Shown piece by piece: positions 37,024 to 46,348 of a stretch of 62,529 bases of DNA; positions within the stretch are counted from its first letter, which is position 1, and each line of letters starts with the position of its first letter. Source of the stretch: Candidatus Nomurabacteria bacterium. Its GTDB lineage: Bacteria > Patescibacteriota > Minisyncoccia > Phycocordibacterales > Phycocordibacteraceae. The stretch is from positions 1 to 62,529 of the forward strand of contig CALRBA010000002.1 of NCBI GenBank assembly GCA_943353835.1, in the 5' to 3' direction. The position numbers and the translations under genes were made by a program. The notes beneath the pieces are model-generated. The model was not told the origin of the DNA. It did no database searches and worked only from the letters and a program-made list of their open reading frames with translations.

Positions 37024-38041
37024 AAAAATCTTCGTACGGCGCAGGGTCCTCGGTCACTATGCCCGCCCCGCGCACAACCGTGGTAAGCGGGTCTGGTGCG
37101 ACTCGGACCGGCACACCAAGCATCTTCGCGAGTATCTGCGGGAGACCGCGCAGAAGCGCTCCTCCGCCGAAGACTGTCACTCCGTGCTGTAGCACGTCGG
37201 AGAGCAATTCTGGCGGAGTCGCTTCAATAACCTCTTTTATTGTATCCATAAGCACATCCAGAGACGGAGCGATTGCATCGCGAATATGAGCATCAGTCAA
37301 TATGATTTCTCTTGGAAGTCCGGTGGCGAAATCGCGTCCGCGAACGCTCCGTGTAAGCGCTTCCGAGAGCGGTATCACAGCACCGATTGCAATTTTTACG
37401 TCCTCGGCGGTACGCTCTCCTATGCCTAGTTTAAATTCGCTTCGTACGAATTCAATAATATTGTCGTTGAAGCGGTCGCCGGCGACATGCGAGCTCGAAG
37501 AGGCGACGACGCCTTTGAGCGCAATGACGGCGATGTCTGTGGTCCCACCACCGATGTCCAAGACCATCGTCCCGACCGCTTCAGAGACAGGTAGTTTCGC
37601 GCCGATGGCTCCAGCGACAGGCTCTTCCAAAATAATCGCTTCGCGCGCCCCAGCGTTTTTAGCTGCGTCGCGCACGGCTCGGCTCTGCACGTTCGTCACG
37701 CCGGTTGGCACTCCTATCACAACCCGAGGACCGAAGAGACGCATTCTGCCTCCCTGAGCTTTGTTTATGAGATACGTAAGCAACTCTTCCGTCACTTCAA
37801 AATCGGAGATGACGCCGTGGGAGAGAGGACGCACTACGCGGATATGCGCTGGCGTTTTGCCGAGCATAATCTTCGCCTCTTTCCCGACCGCGACGACCTG
37901 ATGCGTCTTGTCGTTGACTGCGACAACCGAAGGCTCGTTGATAACAATACCCTTCCCTCGCACATAGACGAGTGTGTTGGTGGTCCCAAGGTCAATCGCG
38001 ATATCGTTGCTGAAGAGCAGACTCTTTGAGAATCGTGGCAT
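36995..38041 (-). CDS. mreB: Actin-like rod-shape protein MreB
   Basis: DIAIDLGTTNTLVYV phosphate-1 motif and DIGGGTTD. 348 aa. Confidence 0.9.
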   Translation of the reverse strand: MPRFSKSLLFSNDIAIDLGTTNTLVYVRGKGIVINEPSVVAVNDKTHQVVAVGKEAKIMLGKTPAHIRVVRPLSHGVISDFEVTEELLTYLINKAQGGRMRLFGPRVVIGVPTGVTNVQSRAVRDAAKNAGAREAIILEEPVAGAIGAKLPVSEAVGTMVLDIGGGTTDIAVIALKGVVASSSSHVAGDRFNDNIIEFVRSEFKLGIGERTAEDVKIAIGAVIPLSEALTRSVRGRDFATGLPREIILTDAHIRDAIAPSLDVLMDTIKEVIEATPPELLSDVLQHGVTVFGGGALLRGLPQILAKMLGVPVRVAPDPLTTVVRGAGIVTEDPAPYEDFFVDEEDILN

Positions 38042-38047
38042 ACTGAA

Positions 38048-39307
38048 TTAGTTTGCAGTTTGCAGTTTGCAGTTTGCGAGAAGTTCAGAACGAGGAACTT
38101 TTTTTACAGCCCCTGTTGCGCGATTCACCACTTCAAAAACGCTCGTAGCAACAGCTTCTTTACCGACCACTATCCTTTTTGGAATCCCGAGCAAATCGCT
38201 TTCTGCGAACTTCTCTCCCGCGCGCACGTCTCTGTCGTCGTACAGGACTTCAACTCCAGCTTTCACCAAATCATCACAAAGAGTGTCTGCTGTCTTGGAG
38301 ATTTCATCGCCAACTTTCCCGAGTGAGACGAGATGTACTGCGAACGGTGCAACGCTCTCGGGCCAGACGAGTCCCTTTTCGTCAGCGAGTGTTTCAACAA
38401 GAGTTCCCATAAGGCGTGTTGTGCCGAGCCCATAGCATCCGACAATGGGTGTCTGATCCTTTCCTTCCTTATCTTTATATGTAAATGCAAACGCCTTCGG
38501 ATATTTCTGCCCGAGGTCAAATACATTGCCGACTTCTGTGGCACGCGCCTTCTTCAAATTTCCCTTCCCGCATTTTGGGCAGGTATCACCCTCTTTCTCC
38601 CTCGCTACTTCCACGTTCGCACAGTGCGTGCACAATTGGCAGTAGACAATGTCGTCTTCTCCGGCGTCGGTTAATGCCATGAATTCATATGATAATTTTT
38701 CAGAGAATGCGCCGCCCGAGGCTTCGGTCACCTTCACATCAAGACCACAGCGCTTGAAGGTCTTAAGATATGACGCTTTCACAACTTCATAAAATTTCTC
38801 AAAATCTTCTTGTGTTTCGTGGAAGCTATACATATCTTTCATCCCGAACTCTCTGCCGCGCATGATACCGGACTTCGCGCGCAACTCGTCGCGGTATTTC
38901 TGACCAATCTGATATATCGCGACCGGCAGGTCTTTGTATGATTGGACAAATTCTTGCGCGATTGGCGTGACAATTTCTTCTTCACTCTGTCCGAGCGCGT
39001 ATTCTTTTTCAGTTCGACTTTGAATCTTGAACAGGACGTCCACACCATCCCAACCGCCTGTCTGCTTCCAATTCTCCGATGGGTGTAGCGTTGCCATGCG
39101 GATCTCTTGTCCACCAATAGCGTCCATTTCTTCACGAACGATATTTTCAATATTAGCGAGAACTTTCCGCCCGAGCGGGAGATAGGAGTAAACGCCCGCC
39201 ATCTCTTTATGGATATAGCCGGCGCGCACGAGGAGCTGTGCATTCTTGGCGACCTCGTCTGCGGGCGCCTCCCTCCGCGTCTTAGTGAAGATCTTTGACT
39301 GTCTCAT
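38048..39307 (-). CDS. proS: Prolyl-tRNA synthetase, bacterial-type core lacking the INS editing domain
   Basis: Bacterial ProRS N-terminus (KNAQLLVRAGYI) and motif 2 RGREFGMKDMYSF. Only 419 aa. A Cys-rich knuckle (CQLCTHC...CPKC) sits where INS would be. Confidence 0.85.
   Translation of the reverse strand: MRQSKIFTKTRREAPADEVAKNAQLLVRAGYIHKEMAGVYSYLPLGRKVLANIENIVREEMDAIGGQEIRMATLHPSENWKQTGGWDGVDVLFKIQSRTEKEYALGQSEEEIVTPIAQEFVQSYKDLPVAIYQIGQKYRDELRAKSGIMRGREFGMKDMYSFHETQEDFEKFYEVVKASYLKTFKRCGLDVKVTEASGGAFSEKLSYEFMALTDAGEDDIVYCQLCTHCANVEVAREKEGDTCPKCGKGNLKKARATEVGNVFDLGQKYPKAFAFTYKDKEGKDQTPIVGCYGLGTTRLMGTLVETLADEKGLVWPESVAPFAVHLVSLGKVGDEISKTADTLCDDLVKAGVEVLYDDRDVRAGEKFAESDLLGIPKRIVVGKEAVATSVFEVVNRATGAVKKVPRSELLANCKLQTAN
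38051..38078. repeat. Tandem heptamer repeat (GTTTGCA x3 plus GTTTGCG)
   Basis: Four head-to-tail 7-nt units that encode the last 9 codons of proS. Confidence 0.9.
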
Positions 39308-39351
39308 AGGTCACAGTATACGCCTTCCCTCTGCCAGAGGCAAAAGAAGAA

Positions 39352-40452
39352 CTACCCGACAATCTTGAAGATGTCGTTGGCAGTAACGACGAGCATAAGG
39401 AGGATGAGGGCAATGAAGCCGAAGGCGTTCACTGCATGCGCGATATTCGGTTTGATCGGTCGGTGAATAATACTTTCAACAATAACAAAAAGGAGTCGTC
39501 CGCCATCTAGAGCTGGAATTGGTATTAGGTTGATTAGAGCGAGATTGATAGAAATAATTGCCGTGATAGAAAATAGGTAGCCGAGTCCCTGCGCCGAAGC
39601 GCTTCCGACGATGCCAGCGATGCCGACTGGGCCCGCGACCTGCGATAGATCGGCCGAGAGAGTGAAAACTCCGTAAAAGAAATGCCAGAGCCCTTGTGCG
39701 GTGAGAATCGTCGCGCCCCATGTAAGGCGCGCACCTTCAATAATTGCAGAGCCGAAGGAGAGCGGGACGACTCCGATGGTGGCGACTTCAATTCCGAGCG
39801 CGTAACGCGATGGGTCGCCGGAAGCGACGCCCGCAACTGGCGTCGCGATTATTGTTTGTTCTGTTCCATTGCGTTTTACACTAAGCGTAACGGCGCTCCC
39901 GTGACTCGCATTTATAAATGCAGAAAAACTCTTTGGGTCTACGGCCTTCCACTCTCCTGCAGAGTCACTAGCGCTAATAATAGAATCTCCCGGGACGAGT
40001 CCTGCGAGCAAAGCCGGAGAATCAGGAAGCACGTTTGCTATCGCAAGTTCTACATTTTTTGCACCAGCAATTTCACTATCAGAAAGAGCACGTGGTGTAC
40101 CCATAATGAGGGCGCCTGTGATAAGTATATATGCGAAAAGCAAATTCATCGCAATACCGGCAATAAGCACAAGCGCCTGCAGAATGCGAGGGCGCGCCGA
40201 GAATGCTCGTGGGTCGGGTGCATCTCCTGGAACTTTTCCGTCTTCACCATAAATTTTCACGAAGCCACCGAACGGAAGCCAGTTGAGCGTATACTCGGTC
40301 TCGCCAATCTTACCGATAACCATCGCGCGAGGCGGATACCCGAGTCCAAACTCATCAACGCGCATGCCCGACCACTTCGCCACTACGAAATGCCCGAACT
40401 CGTGCACCACTATGAGCGCAACGATAACAACAATAAAAATTAAAATACTCAT
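39352..40452 (-). CDS. rseP: Site-2 protease RseP (M50) with PDZ domain
   Basis: HEFGHF zinc motif in the first TM helix. Polytopic. PDZ-like central region. Confidence 0.85.
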   Translation of the reverse strand: MSILIFIVVIVALIVVHEFGHFVVAKWSGMRVDEFGLGYPPRAMVIGKIGETEYTLNWLPFGGFVKIYGEDGKVPGDAPDPRAFSARPRILQALVLIAGIAMNLLFAYILITGALIMGTPRALSDSEIAGAKNVELAIANVLPDSPALLAGLVPGDSIISASDSAGEWKAVDPKSFSAFINASHGSAVTLSVKRNGTEQTIIATPVAGVASGDPSRYALGIEVATIGVVPLSFGSAIIEGARLTWGATILTAQGLWHFFYGVFTLSADLSQVAGPVGIAGIVGSASAQGLGYLFSITAIISINLALINLIPIPALDGGRLLFVIVESIIHRPIKPNIAHAVNAFGFIALILLMLVVTANDIFKIVG

Positions 40453-40459
40453 TTTATAT

Positions 40460-41011
40460 CTACTGTGCTATTTCAGTTTCTTTTTTCTCCAAAACTTTCA
40501 GAAGCGCATCGTTACCGGCATCAATAAGCTTTTGAATTTCTGCCTTCAGACGCTTGACTTCATCCTCTCCGATACCTCCAGCATCTTCAGCCGTATCAAG
40601 CGCCTTGAGTGCGTCAGTTCTATGTGAACGAAGCGTCACTTTTGCTTGTTCAGTCTTATCTCCGGCTATTTTGGAAAGTTGCGTACGCCGTTCGCTCGTG
40701 AGTTCCGGGAATGAGACGCGGAGTCCTTGGTCGTCGGTAGAGACACCAACTCCAAAATCTGCGTCGGTAATCCCTTTCTCTATCGCTTTTAATAAGCCTT
40801 TATCCCATGGGATAATACGGAGCGTGCGTGCATCTTCAACAGAAACAGCGCCAAGTTCTCGCAATGGCGTGCGCGTGCCGTATGCCTCCGGCTTAATACC
40901 GTCTAGCAGTGTCGGTGTCGCGCGCCCCGTGCGTACACCAGAGAGCTCACGCGTGAGCCACTCCTCTGTTTCTTTAATATTTGCTTTCAATTTTGAAAAG
41001 TCATAAGCCAT
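40460..41011 (-). CDS. frr: Ribosome recycling factor
   Basis: 183 aa with the characteristic RRF pattern (LDGIKPEAYG..., VSFPELTSERR). Confidence 0.9.
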   Translation of the reverse strand: MAYDFSKLKANIKETEEWLTRELSGVRTGRATPTLLDGIKPEAYGTRTPLRELGAVSVEDARTLRIIPWDKGLLKAIEKGITDADFGVGVSTDDQGLRVSFPELTSERRTQLSKIAGDKTEQAKVTLRSHRTDALKALDTAEDAGGIGEDEVKRLKAEIQKLIDAGNDALLKVLEKKETEIAQ

Positions 41012-41021
41012 AGTGTTTTTA

Positions 41022-41714
41022 TTATACCAAATTCTTCGGGAGAACGAGCGAGAGATGCTCCAGAATAATTCTTACCGGCGCACTTCGGTCGTGTAAATAT
41101 CCTCGCAATACCTGTATATCTCCAAGCAATTCCCGATGTCGGAACGTACTACGTCCCGACATATAAGCTACCACTTCAATGCCGTTCACAATCGCAATCG
41201 CTTCCTCGCGAAGTTCCCTTCGCTCTTCTTCATCTTTGCCGCTGGTGAGTTTCTTAATTATTGCACTTCGTTTTTCTTTGCTTGCGGCAAGAAATTGCTC
41301 CGCAGCTCCCTCAATTTCTTGTCGTCCCGAGCGAAGTCGAGGGACTGCTCCTTTCAAGATTTGCACCCGTGACCGGAAAGTCGGCAACAGTCCACCGAGC
41401 GACGGCATGATTAAAAATAAAAACGTTCCTCGTGGAGGTTCTTCAAAAAGTTTTAAGAGCGCGTTCTGCGCTTCGTGATACGCGCGATTCGCAGAGATAA
41501 CAACCACTTTATGTTCTCCGACAAACGGCGCACCAGCGACCTTCTCAGCTACTCCTCGAGCATCTTCTACAGAGAAAAGCCCGTAGCGCAGTATGCTTAT
41601 ATCGGGATTATTTTTTATTACCATTCCAAGCTCACTCTCAGCCCACTCCTGTGCTATAGCAATTCCCTCCTCCGCTCTCGCTTCTATCACAAACGCATGA
41701 TGCATATTTCTCAT
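41022..41714 (-). CDS. holB: DNA polymerase III delta-prime-like clamp-loader subunit (short form)
   Basis: AAA+-like fold without an intact P-loop. Contains NALLKLFEEPP, the motif typical of HolB/DnaX. Confidence 0.55.
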   Translation of the reverse strand: MRNMHHAFVIEARAEEGIAIAQEWAESELGMVIKNNPDISILRYGLFSVEDARGVAEKVAGAPFVGEHKVVVISANRAYHEAQNALLKLFEEPPRGTFLFLIMPSLGGLLPTFRSRVQILKGAVPRLRSGRQEIEGAAEQFLAASKEKRSAIIKKLTSGKDEEERRELREEAIAIVNGIEVVAYMSGRSTFRHRELLGDIQVLRGYLHDRSAPVRIILEHLSLVLPKNLV

Positions 41715-42745
41715 CGCTTCGCGAGAATGCTCTTCTGATACGTGTCCAAATGTTTCAGCGCGACTCCGGTCCCGCGCGCGACGCAGAAGTAAGGGTCTGT
41801 CCCCAGCTTTGCGACGACGCCGGTACGGCGGTAGACAAGCTCGGGCATCATTCGCATTTGTGAAGAACCGCCCGTGAGAATTATGCCATTGTCAATAATG
41901 TCGGCGGCGAGCTCCGGCGGAGTGTCCTGAAGCACCTTGCGTATCGCCTGCGTCATCTCTCTAAGCTCCTTCGCCATCGCGGTAACGAGCTCGTTGGTGG
42001 AGATTTCAACAGTGCGCGGGAGCCCGCTCATGAGGTCTCGCCCCTTAACCGCCATGGTGAGTTCTTCATTAATCGGCACTGCGGCGCCTACCTTTATCTT
42101 CAATTCTTCCGCAGTTTTCTCTCCGATGGCGAGATTGTGAGTTTTCTTCACATGGTCAATAATCGCGCGGTCTAGCCGGTCTCCCGCACATTTCACGCTT
42201 GTTGATGCGACGATTCCGCCGAGAGATATCACAGCTACATCTATCGTTCCGCCACCGATGTCCGCGACCATTCTGCCCATAGGCTCGTGTATTGGAATAC
42301 CTGCACCGATAGCTGCGAGTATCGGCTCCTTAACCACATATGCGTTCTTAGCGCCGGCTCGCATAGCCGCTTCAATAACGGCGCGCTTCTCCGTTGATGT
42401 AACTCCTGCCGGAACAGACAGAAGTACCGTCGGCTTAAACGGATTCCTGCCGAGTGCCTTCTTCATAAAATATCGGAGCATTGCCTCGGTGATGCGGTAA
42501 TCCGAAATCACTCCGTCCTTCATCGGGCGATATGCGATTATATCGTCCGGTGTTCTACCTATCATCTGCTTGGCCTCTTCGCCGATGGCGAGGATTTTAT
42601 TGCCACCGCGATTACCGTGAGACTTACCCACCGCAACCACAGACGGTTCGTTGATAATGACACCCTTACCGGGCACAAATACCAAAACATTGGTAGTTCC
42701 TAGGTCTATGCCGAGTTTTGGAGAAAAGAAGGACATTGAAGCCAT
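41711..42745 (-). CDS. Second MreB/Mbl-like actin homologue
   Basis: SPKLGIDLGTTNVLVFV and DIGGGTID. Start chosen at MASMSFF (ATG 42745). The ORF track extends to a TTG at 42772. Confidence 0.8.
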   Translation of the reverse strand: MASMSFFSPKLGIDLGTTNVLVFVPGKGVIINEPSVVAVGKSHGNRGGNKILAIGEEAKQMIGRTPDDIIAYRPMKDGVISDYRITEAMLRYFMKKALGRNPFKPTVLLSVPAGVTSTEKRAVIEAAMRAGAKNAYVVKEPILAAIGAGIPIHEPMGRMVADIGGGTIDVAVISLGGIVASTSVKCAGDRLDRAIIDHVKKTHNLAIGEKTAEELKIKVGAAVPINEELTMAVKGRDLMSGLPRTVEISTNELVTAMAKELREMTQAIRKVLQDTPPELAADIIDNGIILTGGSSQMRMMPELVYRRTGVVAKLGTDPYFCVARGTGVALKHLDTYQKSILAKR

Positions 42746-42766
42746 CATAAGTGGTACTATGCCCCC

Positions 42767-44071
42767 ATGCAAGGAGAAATGAATTTCGTTGTTCTAGGCG
42801 GGAAAAAACTCTCGGGGAGAGTTGAAACTTCGCGGTCTAAGAACGGCGCTGTCGCTCTGCTCGCAGCATCACTCCTAAATAAAGGCATTACAACACTAGA
42901 ACATATGCCGAGGATAGAAGAAGTAAACAGGCTTATTGAAGTGCTTCTTTCTATCGGCGTTTCTGTGAAGTGGCTGGGTACAAATGTTGTTATAACTCCA
43001 CCTAATAAAATTACTCTTAAGACAATTGACCGAGTTGCTGCGACTAAGACACGAAGCATCCTGATGTTCATAGGCTCTCTCATTCATCTGTTCAAAAAGT
43101 TTGATTTACCGCAATCAGGCGGATGTACGCTCGGACTCCGAAGTGTGCGGTCGCATCTTCTCGCTTTAGAAAAATTTGGTGTTGATATAGAAGCACGCTC
43201 AGGGAGTTACAGCGTCACTCACACAAAGCTCGCACCAGCAGAAGTGATTCTCTATGAATCAAGTGACACGGCGACCATCAATGCGCTCCTCGCCGCCGCA
43301 CGAATAAACGGCACATCGGTTATTAAGTACGCCTCGGCCAATTACCAAGTGCAGGAAGTGTGCGGATTTCTACGAGTTCTCGGTGTCGGTGTTGACGGTA
43401 TTGGTTCGACTACGCTCACCATAAACGGCCTTAAAAATATCAACAAAGACGTTTCTTACAGTGTTGCCGAGGACCCGACTGATGCGATGTTCTTCATTTC
43501 CTCTGCAATCCTAACGAACTCCGCCATCACTATTACCGCCGTTCCTATTGAATTTCTGGAAGTTGAATTATTAATTCTTGAAAAAATGAGGCTGAAGTTC
43601 AAAATATCAAAACCAAGATTGTCGGAAAATGGCATCACAAAGCTCGTTGATATTTTTATTAAACCTTCAAAACTTATTGCCTTCCACGAAAAGATTCACG
43701 CGCGTCCGTATCCGGGTTTAAATATTGACAATCTGCCATTCTTCGCTGTTATAGCGACGCAGGCCAAGGGTACGACGCTTATCCACGATTGGGTCTATGA
43801 GAAGCGTGCTATTTATTACACAGAGCTAGACCGGCTCGGCGCGACGACTAATCTTCACGACCCGCATCGTATCTCTATTGAGGGTCCTAAGAAGTTGATG
43901 GCCACAGAACTCGTCTGCCCGCCTGCGCTACGCCCTGCGACAATTATCCTCGTCGCTATGCTTGGTGCCTCTGGCCGTTCAACTCTGCGAAATGTTTACA
44001 GCATCAACCGCGGTTACGAGGATATCGTGAATCGTCTTCAGAAACTGGGGGCATCTATTGAAGTATCATGA
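42767..44071 (+). CDS. murA: UDP-N-acetylglucosamine 1-carboxyvinyltransferase
   Basis: N-terminal GGKKLSGRVETSRSKNGAVALLAASLL and the catalytic-loop Cys in PQSGGCTLG. 434 aa. Confidence 0.9.
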   Translation: MQGEMNFVVLGGKKLSGRVETSRSKNGAVALLAASLLNKGITTLEHMPRIEEVNRLIEVLLSIGVSVKWLGTNVVITPPNKITLKTIDRVAATKTRSILMFIGSLIHLFKKFDLPQSGGCTLGLRSVRSHLLALEKFGVDIEARSGSYSVTHTKLAPAEVILYESSDTATINALLAAARINGTSVIKYASANYQVQEVCGFLRVLGVGVDGIGSTTLTINGLKNINKDVSYSVAEDPTDAMFFISSAILTNSAITITAVPIEFLEVELLILEKMRLKFKISKPRLSENGITKLVDIFIKPSKLIAFHEKIHARPYPGLNIDNLPFFAVIATQAKGTTLIHDWVYEKRAIYYTELDRLGATTNLHDPHRISIEGPKKLMATELVCPPALRPATIILVAMLGASGRSTLRNVYSINRGYEDIVNRLQKLGASIEVS

Positions 44072-44352
44072 AGTCTATTCGCGATATTTTGCCCGATATT
44101 AGGAAAAAAGCGGAGAGTGCGCCAAGAGGGAGGAAGCGCCAGACCGAACGCGGTGAAATAATGCGGTTCTTTCTCCGTCATCTTAATTATTCGCGCAAAC
44201 AGGACGGGCTCATACCTATGACGATGGCACATTTGGGCACCGTACTTGAAAAAATCCCGACGCAAGATTTGTACTATTTAAAAAGCGTCTGCAGTCAGGC
44301 GAAAAGTTTCAGTAAAACCTTCTGGTGGGAACTGGACCCAACTAAACACTAA
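44068..44352 (+). CDS. Hypothetical protein (94 aa)
   Basis: ORF overlaps the murA stop (ATGA). No recognisable motif. Confidence 0.4.
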   Translation: MKSIRDILPDIRKKAESAPRGRKRQTERGEIMRFFLRHLNYSRKQDGLIPMTMAHLGTVLEKIPTQDLYYLKSVCSQAKSFSKTFWWELDPTKH

Positions 44353-44358
44353 ATTTAT

Positions 44359-45726
44359 ATGAAAGAAATTATACAGGACGGTGCGGAGGTGCTACGAGAA
44401 ATCGCAAAGCCAGTGCCGGAAAATATGTTCGACTCGGCAGAATTGTCGCGCCTTATTGCTGACATGACCGAAGCGCTCGACGCATTTCCTGAAGGTGTGG
44501 CTATTGCAGCACCACAGATTGGCGTTTCGTATCGTCTATTTCTCGTGCGGAAGGATCGGACATTGCCTCCGCCTCCCGGTAACCAAGGTCAAACCTTGGC
44601 CCAGAATTCTCAAGGTTTGACCTTAAAGCCGGAAGTGGAAGTGTATATAAATCCTGAAATCGTGAAGACTTCGCGTAAGAGAGCGAAGGCAGACGAAGGG
44701 TGCCTATCTGTGCACGGCGTCTACGGGACGACCACGCGACATGAACGCGCCACAATTAAGGCTCGCCGTATTGACGGTTCGCATTTTGAGCGAGGAGCGG
44801 GCGGACTTATGGCGCAGATATTTGAACACGAAGTAGACCATTTAAACGGTATTTTATTTATTGACCACGCAGAACATATAATTCGTATCCCTCACGTGTC
44901 GGAACATCGTTTTGCGTACTTCGGCACTCCAACGGTTGCCGCCCACACACTCGCGGAGCTCATAAAAAAAGGTTTTATACCAGATGTTGTCGTGACGTCT
45001 CCTGATACACAAAAGGGGCGTGGTCTAGTTCTTACACAGTCAGAAACAAAAACTCTCGCTCTCACACACAGCATTCCAGTCATAACTCCAGAAAAATTGG
45101 ACGGGACAGCGATAAAAGATATAAGCGCGTTCGGGTGCGAGTATGCTGTTTGTGTCGCATACGGCAAAATATTTCCGGAAACACTCATAAATGTATTTCC
45201 GATGGGCGTGTTAAATGTGCACTACTCTCTACTGCCGAAGTATCGTGGTGCAACGCCTCTTGAGACGGCACTTCTTAACGGCGAGAATGAAACAGGAGTT
45301 ACTATTCAGAAAATGGTTAGAGAACTTGACGCAGGAGACATACTCGCGCAGGAAGCGACGCCTATCGGGAAGGATGAAACGGCACGCGAACTGCGACCTC
45401 GTCTAATCCAGATGGGCGCAAACCTACTCACCGAAACACTCCCCGCATATCTCTCTGGCGCCATTACGCTGTTCGTACAGGATGCAACATTGGCGACGCG
45501 CGCGTATAAAATTAAAAAAGAAGACGGGCTTCTGTACTTATCTGCTCCCGCAGAAGAAAACTGGAACAAGTATCGCGCGTACGCTGACTCAATCGGTACG
45601 TATTTTTTTGAAAACGGTAAAAGAATTAAAATCACGCTCGCGGAATTCGCCAAAGGCGAATTCCGCGTTCTGCGTGTCATCCAAGAAGGCAAACGCGAAA
45701 CTGTGTATGCCGATCTCTTCCAATAA
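44359..45726 (+). CDS. Fusion protein: peptide deformylase (N) plus methionyl-tRNA formyltransferase (C)
   Basis: Def motifs GVAIAAPQIG, EGCLS and HEVDHLNG, followed after about 20 aa by Fmt motifs (FAYFGTP, SPDTQKGRG, NVHYSLLPKYRGATP, LDAGDIL) in a single uninterrupted 455-aa ORF. Confidence 0.85.
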   Translation: MKEIIQDGAEVLREIAKPVPENMFDSAELSRLIADMTEALDAFPEGVAIAAPQIGVSYRLFLVRKDRTLPPPPGNQGQTLAQNSQGLTLKPEVEVYINPEIVKTSRKRAKADEGCLSVHGVYGTTTRHERATIKARRIDGSHFERGAGGLMAQIFEHEVDHLNGILFIDHAEHIIRIPHVSEHRFAYFGTPTVAAHTLAELIKKGFIPDVVVTSPDTQKGRGLVLTQSETKTLALTHSIPVITPEKLDGTAIKDISAFGCEYAVCVAYGKIFPETLINVFPMGVLNVHYSLLPKYRGATPLETALLNGENETGVTIQKMVRELDAGDILAQEATPIGKDETARELRPRLIQMGANLLTETLPAYLSGAITLFVQDATLATRAYKIKKEDGLLYLSAPAEENWNKYRAYADSIGTYFFENGKRIKITLAEFAKGEFRVLRVIQEGKRETVYADLFQ

Positions 45727-45778
45727 ATTTTATATATTGGTATACTGTCTATCTTCTTAATAAATAATAAAAACTACC

Positions 45779-46330
45779 ATGGCCCACGCACCGCTTTCAG
45801 AGGAAGTCCACATTCCCGACGTGGTTTTTAAAACGCGCGTGCGCGACGAGTCCGTCGGTGGCGAAAATCCGTACCGTTGGCAGGACGTTTCTTCAAAAGA
45901 AATTTTTGACGGCAAGAAAGTCGTCGTTTTCGGGCTCCCGGGCGCGTTTACACCAACCTGCTCATCTACGCATGCACCAGGCTTTGAAAAGAAGTATGAC
46001 GATTTCAAAGCTGTTGGCATTGATGAAGTCTACTGCGTGTCAGTCAATGACGCGTTCGTGATGAAGCAGTGGGCCGATAAGCTTGGCATCACGAAGGTGA
46101 AGATGCTCCCCGACGGCAACGCCGCCTTTACTCGCGGCATGGGTATGCTCGTGAAGAAAGAGGACCTAGGCTTTGGCGATCGGAGTTGGCGCTACTCCAT
46201 ACTCGTGGAAGACAGTGTCATCAAGAAACTCTTCATTGAACAGGGGCTCACCGATAACTGCCCCGACGACCCGTTTGAAGTATCGGACGCCGACACGATG
46301 CTCACCTACCTCAAGGGGCGTACCACGTAG
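45779..46330 (+). CDS. Peroxiredoxin (Prx5-like, AhpC/TSA family)
   Basis: PGAFTPTCS peroxidatic-Cys motif. 183 aa. Confidence 0.85.
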   Translation: MAHAPLSEEVHIPDVVFKTRVRDESVGGENPYRWQDVSSKEIFDGKKVVVFGLPGAFTPTCSSTHAPGFEKKYDDFKAVGIDEVYCVSVNDAFVMKQWADKLGITKVKMLPDGNAAFTRGMGMLVKKEDLGFGDRSWRYSILVEDSVIKKLFIEQGLTDNCPDDPFEVSDADTMLTYLKGRTT

Positions 46331-46348
46331 GTAAACTCTTTTCTTACC

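Noticed and set aside
39682-40443. 253-aa plus-strand ORF
   Set aside because: It is antisense to rseP (HEFGHF protease) and has an Arg/Cys-rich, low-plausibility composition.
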